From: Oscillospiraceae bacterium
GTDB taxonomy: Bacteria > Bacillota > Clostridia > Oscillospirales > Oscillospiraceae
DNA: 32,000 nucleotides
Assembly (NCBI GenBank): GCA_017527825.1
Contig: JAFXPO010000009.1
Coordinates: 38,738-70,737 of the forward strand
Direction of reading: 5' to 3'
Below the pieces are notes generated by a model. It searched no databases. It was not told the origin of the DNA and was given only the letters and a program-made list of their open reading frames with translations. This document shows, one piece after another, positions 24,822 to 32,000 of this stretch. The translations under genes and the position numbers were made by a program. Every line of letters begins with the position of its first letter. Position 1 is the first letter of the stretch.

Positions 24822-24969
24822 ACGGAACAGCGACTTCTTGATTTGCTACGACCGGAGAACCCCCGGAAACACAGGGGATATTGTGGATATGGCGCTGCGC
24901 CGGGAAGCAAAAGGATTGATGAGGGTTACCAATCTGGCTGAAGGCCTCGAACCACGAAAACGTAGTTGA
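24822..24969 (+). pseudogene. SLOG/DUF1273-like gene, 3' fragment
   Basis: NSDFLICYDRRTPGNTGDIVDMALRREAKGLMRVTNLAEGLEPRKRS stop. Removing the IS and one ACGG copy restores an in-frame ...NQYMVRNSDFLICYD... ORF of about 153 aa. Confidence 0.65.
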
Positions 24970-24974
24970 CCGAT

Positions 24975-25002
24975 TGCAAAATATAGGGGAAACGTGTATA
25001 AT
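24975..25002 (+). promoter_or_regulatory. sigma-70-type promoter of the R-M operon
   Basis: TTGCAA (24975-24980), 16-nt spacer, TATAAT (24997-25002). 78 nt upstream of ATG 25080. Confidence 0.55.
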
Positions 25003-25079
25003 ATGTAAAATAGGTGTAGTAGGCCTTTGCTTCGACAAACGAGCCGAACTGCCGCACATTCACTTTGGAGGGCAAAAAC

Positions 25080-25391
25080 ATGAACGACCAGCAAATAGAG
25101 CTGTTAATCAATATGCTTCGAGCGAAAGGACAAATCACTGACCTCGAAAAAGACATCATCGACACCTACCACGAGCTAAAAAAGCAGCCGGTCGATATGA
25201 ACTCCGCCTTTCGGCAGATGAAGTCGAACGAGCTAAACCATCCCGATGTGCTCTTGAAAGTGACTATGATGCCGACAACAGGGCAAAAGCAGGCTTCGGA
25301 GCTTACTGCCCAGGATTTGCTGTATGTCCTTTCAGCCCAGTTTACCTTTTTGCTTGAGAAAGAGGAAACTTCGCAACGCAGCGGCAACTGA
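25080..25391 (+). CDS. hypothetical 103-aa protein, first gene of the R-M operon
   Basis: ATG 25080 is 7 nt after GGAGGG. Helical-looking sequence, no family recognised. No terminator before hsdM (43-nt gap). Confidence 0.55.
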   Translation: MNDQQIELLINMLRAKGQITDLEKDIIDTYHELKKQPVDMNSAFRQMKSNELNHPDVLLKVTMMPTTGQKQASELTAQDLLYVLSAQFTFLLEKEETSQRSGN

Positions 25392-25434
25392 TTCTCAGCC
25401 ATAATAAAACCGACAGAGAAGGACGGATATTCCC

Positions 25435-27039
25435 ATGCCGAAGAAAAAAGCCGAAGAGACGCTGAACCTTGACGCGATACTGTTCAAGTGCCGCGACATT
25501 CTGCGCGCGGCGCGCAATTCCGGATCGTTTTTTGAAAAGCGCGACATGATGCTCACACTCGTTTTTCTGCGCTTCATCGGGGAGAAATTCGAGGACGGCA
25601 TTGAAAATCTGCGCAATGAGTTGGTGAAACAAGGCCTTGACCCGGACGACCCGGATATCAAGGCCGCGTTTTTGGATGATCCAACCTTCACGGACGGAAC
25701 TTACAACCTTCTCCCGGAAGCGCGTTGGTCCACCATCATCAACACGGCCGCGCCGAATCTCAATGTTGCGCTCGATACCGCCTTGAGCAGCATCGCGGCG
25801 AATGACAGCCAGCTCAAGGGTTGCTTTGTGAAAGGTACATTTACCACGCGGAACCTTGCGCCGAACGATATCAAGAAGCTGGTCGATGAGGTCAACAAAA
25901 TCAGCCACAAGACCTTTGGCGAGGAAAAAGACCTGATCGGCCGCGTTTATGAATACTTCCTCAAAGAATTTGCGGTCAATGCGACGAAGGAGGAGGGCGA
26001 ATATTACACACCCCACGACGTGGTTGAGTTGATTGCCACCATGATTGAGCCGTTCGACGGCACATTGTACGACCCCTGCTGCGGGTCGGGCGGAATGTTC
26101 ATTCAGAGCGCCGAGCTGGTCAAGGCAAAGCGCGGCGATATCAGCCGCATTAACGTCTATGGGCAGGAGAAAGAACCCGCAACCTACCGTCTGGCGAAGA
26201 TGAACCTCGCCCTGCGTGGAATCAGTCATCATCTCGGCGACGAGGCTGACTCGTCTTTTACGCACGATCTGCACAAGGGCTTGTATTTCAACTACATCAT
26301 GGCAAATCCGCCATTCAATCTGAAGGGCTGGTTTAACGACAATCTGAAAGGCGATCCGCGCTGGACGGATTATGAGACGCCGCCGGAGAGCAACGCGAAT
26401 TATGCATGGATTCTCCACATTCTTTCCCACTTGAAGCCGCTGGACGGCGTTGCTGGATTCCTGCTGGCAAACGGTGCCTTGGGCGACAGCGACACGCTTG
26501 CAATCAGGAAAAAGCTGATTGAAAACGACAAAGTCGAAGCTATCATTATCCTTCCCCGTGAGCTTTTTATTACAACGGATATCAGCGTCACGCTCTGGGT
26601 TCTGAATCAGAACAAAAAGGGCGGCGACTACCACGGCAGGGCGCTGCGCAACCGCGAGCACGAGATCCTTTTCATGGATCTTCGCACATGGACGGAAAAC
26701 CCCGTCAAGGGCGAAAACAAGAAAAAAGTGCGGCTTGATGCAGACCAAATCAAGCGGGCAGCGGACATTTATCACACATGGCAGGCGGAGGGGACGGACG
26801 GAACGCATTACGAAGTGCCGGAGCTATACCGCAGCGTCGGCATGACAGAGATTGAAAGGAATGGCTGGAGCCTCATTCCCAGCAAGTATATTGAGTTCAT
26901 CGACCACGATCTGGAAATTGACTTCCCTGCGGAAATGCAACGGATTCAGGCGGAGATGCGCGATGTGATCGCGCAGGAGAAGCAATCGCAGAAAATGTTG
27001 GAGGATGCGTTCAGGGGGATTGGGTATGGCATTGACTAA
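25435..27039 (+). CDS. hsdM: type I restriction-modification system methyltransferase subunit
   Basis: N-terminal HsdM region. GEYYTPHDVVELI, LYDPCCGSGGMF (motif I), IMANPPFNLKGW (motif IV NPPF). Confidence 0.95.
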   Translation: MPKKKAEETLNLDAILFKCRDILRAARNSGSFFEKRDMMLTLVFLRFIGEKFEDGIENLRNELVKQGLDPDDPDIKAAFLDDPTFTDGTYNLLPEARWSTIINTAAPNLNVALDTALSSIAANDSQLKGCFVKGTFTTRNLAPNDIKKLVDEVNKISHKTFGEEKDLIGRVYEYFLKEFAVNATKEEGEYYTPHDVVELIATMIEPFDGTLYDPCCGSGGMFIQSAELVKAKRGDISRINVYGQEKEPATYRLAKMNLALRGISHHLGDEADSSFTHDLHKGLYFNYIMANPPFNLKGWFNDNLKGDPRWTDYETPPESNANYAWILHILSHLKPLDGVAGFLLANGALGDSDTLAIRKKLIENDKVEAIIILPRELFITTDISVTLWVLNQNKKGGDYHGRALRNREHEILFMDLRTWTENPVKGENKKKVRLDADQIKRAADIYHTWQAEGTDGTHYEVPELYRSVGMTEIERNGWSLIPSKYIEFIDHDLEIDFPAEMQRIQAEMRDVIAQEKQSQKMLEDAFRGIGYGID

Positions 27040-28162
27040 ATGCACCCTTGGCGAGTTTATCGAACTCCGCGAGGTAACAAATGATGATCTCGCGTTCGGC
27101 TCAGAGGATGTGCGAGGCGTCAACAATTTGAAAAAACTCATGCTGACAAAAGCGGACATTAACGACCGCGATTTGTCCAAATTCCAAATCGTCTATCCCG
27201 GTGAGTTCGTATTTAACCATAGGACATCCAGAAATGGCAGCAAGTTCAGCATAGCATATAACGATGGTCAGAAACCGGTGATCTGCACAGAGGATTACGT
27301 TGTATTTCGGATCAAAGAGGACTCGAAAAAAGACCTTCTCGCCGAATGGCTGTATATGTTTTTCAATCGCCCGGAGTTTGACCGCTATGTAATTACCAAC
27401 TCATGGGGCAGCTCCACGGAATTCTATAATTGGGAAGATATCTGCGCTGTCGAGTTTTTGCGTCCCGATTATACCATTCAGAAAAAATACGTTGATATCT
27501 ACAAAGCCATGGTTGCCAATCAGCAGAGCTATGAGCACGGGTTGGAGGATTTGAAGCTCGTTTGCGATGGGTATATTGAGGATTTGCGGCGGAAGATGCC
27601 GTGTGAGAAGATTGGACCGTATATTGAGCGGCATGACGTGCGCAACGGCAGAGATGGGACAAAAAACGTTATGGGAATCAGTACCGCAAAGGTTTTCCGA
27701 AAGCCAACTTCAAAAGTGAATCTTGATGATCTTGCAAATTATAAAATAGTAAAACCGCGGCAACTTGGATTTGTCCAAACGACTCATAACGAAAAAGTGT
27801 TCGCTTATGCCTTTAATGACACGAATAATGATATAGCCGTTTCATCGGTATACGAAGTTTTTTCTACAGACGAAGAGTCTTTGTTGCCAGAGTATTTGGC
27901 CTTGTATTTTAACAGGAAAGAGTTTGACCGATATGCACGTTTCAACTCGTGGGGAACCGCGCGTGAAACATTTACATGGGCTGAACTTGTGGATGTTAGA
28001 ATACCCATTCCGGATATCAAGCTACAACATTCAATCGCAGAAATCTATGTAGCATATAATGCAAGAAAAAGAATCAATGAACAGCTAAAGGAACAAATTA
28101 AGGATATTTGCCCGATACTGGTAAAGGGGGCGTTGGAGGAGGCACAAAATGGAGAAGTATAG
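27026..28162 (+). CDS. hsdS: type I restriction-modification system specificity subunit
   Basis: Two TRD halves, each followed by a conserved helix (PEFDRYVITNSWGSSTEFYNWEDICAVEF / KEFDRYARFNSWGTARETFTWAELVDVRIPIP). ATG 27026 overlaps the hsdM end by 14 nt. Confidence 0.9.
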   Translation: MALTKCTLGEFIELREVTNDDLAFGSEDVRGVNNLKKLMLTKADINDRDLSKFQIVYPGEFVFNHRTSRNGSKFSIAYNDGQKPVICTEDYVVFRIKEDSKKDLLAEWLYMFFNRPEFDRYVITNSWGSSTEFYNWEDICAVEFLRPDYTIQKKYVDIYKAMVANQQSYEHGLEDLKLVCDGYIEDLRRKMPCEKIGPYIERHDVRNGRDGTKNVMGISTAKVFRKPTSKVNLDDLANYKIVKPRQLGFVQTTHNEKVFAYAFNDTNNDIAVSSVYEVFSTDEESLLPEYLALYFNRKEFDRYARFNSWGTARETFTWAELVDVRIPIPDIKLQHSIAEIYVAYNARKRINEQLKEQIKDICPILVKGALEEAQNGEV

Positions 28163-29561
28163 ATTTCATTTCAACGTACAATATGCCGCTGATTTGCGCA
28201 ATGCAGTTAATGATCGGCAAAAGCAGTCCATTGACAACGTTCACAAAGAAAAGCAAATCAAGGGCGATTATTACGCGTGGGGGCAGACGTGCGCTGCCAT
28301 GGATCGTTTAGAGGATACTCTCGACTATCTGAATAGCATTGAGCTTGGCGGACGGGGATGCAATCGGGCTGCTTTCGACTTTTACGATTTTATCAACAAC
28401 GCTTATGTTGTTATTGAGTGTATAAAAACGATTGGTCACATTTTCAGAGTTGACAATCATCTGATTGAAAGCATAGAGGCTTCTTCCTTAGTATTCGGAA
28501 GCAAGGAAAGCACAGATGGAAGATACTTCGAATATATTCGTTCGCTATGTGCGGTGCATCCGCTTTGCACAAATCGCCAGAACGAGTTTTTAAATGGCAG
28601 ACAATTTCACTGCTGCCCATTTGTGACTTGGCGAGATCATCCTTGCTGTGCAGGAAGCAGCAAGGCCGATTTGACAGCAATGATCTATCCATCTGATCGA
28701 TGGGACAAGCCGGTTCATCTGGGATTATATATTTCACAGTTTGAGCAGTATCTTGAAAAATGGATTGACCTGATACCACAAATCATTGAAGCAAAAAACA
28801 ATTATGCAGATGGCGAATACAAGCGTTTAAGAAGTGAGCAGATAAAAACACTTTCTGACTATTCAAATGATGCTGTTCAATATTTGGCATATCTAAAGGA
28901 AGAATACTGCAAAAGGTTTGACTATGGCGGCGATTATCTGTTTGATCACTTTATTCGTGTATTTTCAGCGGAAGTGTCAGACAACAGAAATACTGCACTC
29001 CTTGTCAAATACCGGAACGCCATAATTTATTCTTTGCAGTTTGAAAGAAACGCTCTGCAAAACATGAGCTACGATGGTTATGACAATACGGGGATAAAAT
29101 ATCCTGACCGCGGAATTGAAACAACGCTGTTCGACTCTTTGGATGACCCCAGCACCTACGAAAGTGCATTTTCTCCGTATTCCTATAATTTGGAGAAGTT
29201 GTCTTATTTAGAAGGCGATAGTTATAACTATTACAACAAGATTTACGCTCGCCAACTTTTGGAACCAATGAAAGAACTGATAAACCAATATGTTGCCTTT
29301 ACGAATCAGGAATCAGATGAAGAAACGATAGTTCTTGTTAATCTTGCGCTTTATTTGGAAGCTCTTACAAGGAAAAGCTCACTAAACAGAAACATTCCAA
29401 ACGAACTGAAATATCGCGTGAATGTACTGGCCGATGATCAATACAGCAGCATTTTTGCAGAAGATGCATCGGACGAGAGCGCAAATGATTCTACAGACAT
29501 TTTGCAGCGGCTGATTGAACAATACGGAGGTACCAGCCATGGCGAAGCTGAAAAACTATAA
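28149..29561 (+). CDS. unknown 470-aa protein embedded in the type I R-M operon (candidate R-M-linked defence effector)
   Basis: ATG 28149 is 6 nt after GGAGGAGG and overlaps the hsdS stop by 14 nt. Its own stop overlaps the hsdR start by 23 nt. Long uninterrupted AT-rich ORF. No Walker A. Contains R131-x5-H137 and a Cys/His cluster at aa 134-167. No family recognised. Confidence 0.8.
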   Translation: MEKYRFHFNVQYAADLRNAVNDRQKQSIDNVHKEKQIKGDYYAWGQTCAAMDRLEDTLDYLNSIELGGRGCNRAAFDFYDFINNAYVVIECIKTIGHIFRVDNHLIESIEASSLVFGSKESTDGRYFEYIRSLCAVHPLCTNRQNEFLNGRQFHCCPFVTWRDHPCCAGSSKADLTAMIYPSDRWDKPVHLGLYISQFEQYLEKWIDLIPQIIEAKNNYADGEYKRLRSEQIKTLSDYSNDAVQYLAYLKEEYCKRFDYGGDYLFDHFIRVFSAEVSDNRNTALLVKYRNAIIYSLQFERNALQNMSYDGYDNTGIKYPDRGIETTLFDSLDDPSTYESAFSPYSYNLEKLSYLEGDSYNYYNKIYARQLLEPMKELINQYVAFTNQESDEETIVLVNLALYLEALTRKSSLNRNIPNELKYRVNVLADDQYSSIFAEDASDESANDSTDILQRLIEQYGGTSHGEAEKL

Positions 29562-32000
29562 CGGTCGCTTTTGCGAGTCGGAATTTGAAAATGCCTTCCT
29601 TTCCTATCTGGAGGCAGAGGACTGGCAGTATCTTGCCGGAAACAGCATGGCGCGCCGTTCCAAGCGCGACGTGCTGTATGAGGATGATCTGGAGCAGTTT
29701 TTGAGCAAGACAAATCCCGACCTGACCGCCGAAGAAGTCCGTCAGCTCATGGACACCGTCCGCCTCGTCGGCGCGGAGAGCGACTTTGCCACGCTGCACA
29801 AGGTATATGGCTGGATGGTCAATGGCATCCAGTTCACGCCGCAAAGTGGCGAGCCGCGTATGATTGCCCTGATTGATTTCGAGCATCCGGACAGCAATAT
29901 TTTCCGTGCCGTCAATCAATTCACCGTGGAATATACCAACAACGGACAGGTCGAAAATCGCCGCCCTGACATTCTCCTGTTTGTCAACGGTCTGCCTCTG
30001 TGCGTTATCGAGCTCAAAAACCCGGCGGACGCAAACGCTACGATCTATGATGCGTGGGAACAGATCAATATCCGCTACTGGCGCGACATCCCGCACCTGC
30101 TGCACTACTGTCCGCTGGCGTGTATCTCCGACGGCGTGAAAACGCGGCTGGGTACGGTTCGCACGCCCTATGAACACTTTTACGCATGGCGCCGCGTGAA
30201 CGAAGGAGACAAGGTATCCACGCTTCCCTTTGAAGAGACGCAGACCATGATCAAGGGCGTATACAGCCCGGAGCGCTTCCTTGAAATTTTCCGCGACTAC
30301 ATCTATTTTCAAGACAGCGAATACGACAGCGACGAAGTGGAAATCGTTTGCCGGTATCCGCAGTTCTTTGCCGCGCGCCTGCTGAAGCAGAGCATTATCA
30401 AATCTGTGGTTGCAAAGAGCGGAAAGGGCGGCACCTATTTCGGCGCGACCGGCTGCGGGAAAACCTATACGATGGCATTTCTTGCCCGTCAGCTTGCCCT
30501 GCGCTGCACGGATGTCCCGGAAATCGGTTCCCCCACGATCGTTATGATCGTTGACCGCGATGACCTGCAAAATCAGGGTTCAAAACTGTTTACCAAAAGC
30601 AACGAGTTCTTGAGCCTCGGCGAAGTCAGCGTTGTCCCGAGCCGCAAGGTGTTGAGAGAAGAACTCGGCGTGCGTGAAAGCGGCGGGTTTTATATCTGCA
30701 CCATTCAGAAGTTCTGCGACAGAAAAGACGATAAAATCGGCCTGATCAACAACCGCGCAAATATTATATGCTTCTCGGATGAGGCGCACCGCACACAGCT
30801 TGAACAGTCCAGACAGATCAAGTTCAGCAAGGACGCGGACAACAACATGAAAGCCATGGTGTCCAAGCCCTATGCCAAGGTTTTGCGGGAAGCCTTCCCA
30901 CACGCTACCTTTGTCGGCTTTACCGGCACGCCGATTTCCGAAACCTATCAAACCTTTGGCGATGAAATCGACCGCTATACGATGGATCAGGCGGTTGCCG
31001 ACGGTCTGACCGTTTCCATCAAGTATCATCCCCGGATTGCAAAAGTCCTGCTGGATCAGGAAAAAGTCAAGCTGATCGAGGAGTATTACAAAAAATGCGC
31101 CGACGACGGCGCGACCGAGGAGGATGTCGAGGCAAGCAAGAAGGCCATGAGTTCTATGGAGATCATTCTGGGCGAGCCCTCGCGCCTGGAGCGCCTTGCC
31201 GTGGATATCCATGACCACTATGTTTCGGCATGTGCCAACGATCCGGAGCGCGTGCAAAAGGCCATGATCGTTTGTTCCAGCAGAAAAATCGCTTATGACC
31301 TGCTGAAAAAGTTTCAGGATAAGTATCCGGAGTGGTTTGTGGAGAAGAAGACCCCGGATGGCGTCGCCGTTTCTGCGGAAGAGCTGAACAAATTGAAGCC
31401 CATGCCCTTTATTGCTATGGTGGCAAGCGTCGGAAAGAACGACGATAAAGACATGTACAATTATCTCGGCGGCGTCACAAATGATAAGCGCTCCGAGAAG
31501 CTTGATGTTGCCTTCAAACAGGAAAAGTCAAATTTCCGCATCGTTATTGTCGTCGATATGTGGATCACGGGATTTGACGTTCCCTCGCTTACATACATGT
31601 ACAACGACAAACCTCTGAAAAAGCATATGCTGATCCAGACCATCAGCCGTGTAAACAGGAAATACCCTGGCAAGGAGTACGGCCTGATCGTCGATTATAT
31701 CGGCATTCGTGACAATATGCGCGAAGCCATGAAGATGTATGGCGGCGACAGCTCCGTCGCGCCCACATCCGATGACATTGAACAGGCGACCGGCGTATTT
31801 AGAGAGGAACTTCTTACCCTCAAGAACCTCTTTACGGGCTACGATTTGACGCCCTTCCTCAATCCGGCCGGAGACCCCGCTAAGAGATACAGACTGCTGG
31901 CAAAAGCTGCCGAGTATGTCTTTGTGTCTACGGAAGAGTTGAACTCCACCAGCAAAAGCGGAAAGAGCGTCCAGAAGGTGTCTTTTAAAACGTATTTTCT
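29539..32000 (+). CDS. hsdR: type I restriction endonuclease subunit R, 3' partial (runs off window)
   Basis: Translated by hand: MAKLKNYNGRFCESEFENAFLSYLE...RRPDILLFVNGLPLCVIELKNP (HsdR_N nuclease motif), GATGCGKTYTMAF (Walker A), IICFSDEAHRTQ (DEAH), FVGFTGTPI. Frame open from 29539 to 32000. Absent from the ORF track because it has no stop in the window. Confidence 0.93.
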   Translation, partial: MAKLKNYNGRFCESEFENAFLSYLEAEDWQYLAGNSMARRSKRDVLYEDDLEQFLSKTNPDLTAEEVRQLMDTVRLVGAESDFATLHKVYGWMVNGIQFTPQSGEPRMIALIDFEHPDSNIFRAVNQFTVEYTNNGQVENRRPDILLFVNGLPLCVIELKNPADANATIYDAWEQINIRYWRDIPHLLHYCPLACISDGVKTRLGTVRTPYEHFYAWRRVNEGDKVSTLPFEETQTMIKGVYSPERFLEIFRDYIYFQDSEYDSDEVEIVCRYPQFFAARLLKQSIIKSVVAKSGKGGTYFGATGCGKTYTMAFLARQLALRCTDVPEIGSPTIVMIVDRDDLQNQGSKLFTKSNEFLSLGEVSVVPSRKVLREELGVRESGGFYICTIQKFCDRKDDKIGLINNRANIICFSDEAHRTQLEQSRQIKFSKDADNNMKAMVSKPYAKVLREAFPHATFVGFTGTPISETYQTFGDEIDRYTMDQAVADGLTVSIKYHPRIAKVLLDQEKVKLIEEYYKKCADDGATEEDVEASKKAMSSMEIILGEPSRLERLAVDIHDHYVSACANDPERVQKAMIVCSSRKIAYDLLKKFQDKYPEWFVEKKTPDGVAVSAEELNKLKPMPFIAMVASVGKNDDKDMYNYLGGVTNDKRSEKLDVAFKQEKSNFRIVIVVDMWITGFDVPSLTYMYNDKPLKKHMLIQTISRVNRKYPGKEYGLIVDYIGIRDNMREAMKMYGGDSSVAPTSDDIEQATGVFREELLTLKNLFTGYDLTPFLNPAGDPAKRYRLLAKAAEYVFVSTEELNSTSKSGKSVQKVSFKTYF

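Larger units (their letters stand above)
13729..32000. mobile_element. integrative mobilizable element / genomic island inserted at the tRNA-Ala 3' end (right end beyond window)
   Basis: int-xis-relaxase-mobC-parMR module abuts the tRNA. Composition drops from GC-rich core to mixed/AT-richer cargo. No T4SS or coupling protein genes in the visible part. No second copy of the tRNA 3' end found in the window. Confidence 0.6.

Noticed and set aside
25342-26808. 488-aa minus-strand ORF, also 29491-30570 and 30580-31257 on the minus strand
   Set aside because: Antisense to hsdM and hsdR, whose methylase and helicase motifs are unambiguous.
28149-29561. Identity of the embedded ORF as PrrC/RloC anticodon nuclease
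   Set aside because: No Walker A (GxxxxGK[ST]) or ABC-type ATPase motifs anywhere in the 470 aa. Only the genomic position is analogous.
13745-32000. Second copy of the tRNA-Ala 3' end (attR) within the window
   Set aside because: Scanning by eye found no repeat of TTCGAATCCC(TT/AC)CAGGTCCACCA. The island boundary is presumed to lie beyond 32000, which cannot be confirmed here.

Overview
High-GC, Firmicutes/Clostridia-like chromosome segment (AGGAGG-type RBSs; SRP RNA-dnaX-ybaB order) in two parts. (A) 1-13.7 kb is ordinary core genome. It holds a P-II-like protein, an 805-aa secreted surface protein, malic enzyme, an Ldh_2 oxidoreductase, an orphan DUF6076-like Zn-ribbon gene, a GH13 alpha-glucosidase, carbamate kinase, argS, ybaB, dnaX, a short SRP RNA and tRNA-Ala(CGC). 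(B) From the 3' end of tRNA-Ala to the window edge (13.7 to >32 kb) lies an integrative mobilizable element. On the minus strand it carries a tyrosine integrase, excisionase-like HTH, a relaxase fused in frame to a ParB-like domain, MobC, an RHH (ParR-like) protein, a ParM actin-like ATPase and a Cys-rich VLP protein. On the plus strand it carries a second DUF6076-like gene plus a sigma-70 family factor. Cargo follows: an XRE regulator, a SLOG/DUF1273-like gene split by a complete IS21-family element (TIRs and 4-bp TSD identified), and a five-gene operon. That operon reads small ORF, hsdM, hsdS, unknown 470-aa ORF, hsdR (runs off the window). The best candidate for something undescribed is the AT-rich 470-aa ORF at 28149-29561. 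It is translationally coupled between hsdS and hsdR, in the position PrrC occupies in the E. coli prr locus, but it has no P-loop and no family I can recognise. It contains an Rx5H motif followed by a Cys/His cluster. Many long ORFs in the supplied track are antisense shadows of high-GC genes and are rejected. All family assignments come from reading the translations by eye and recalling families; no searches were run.
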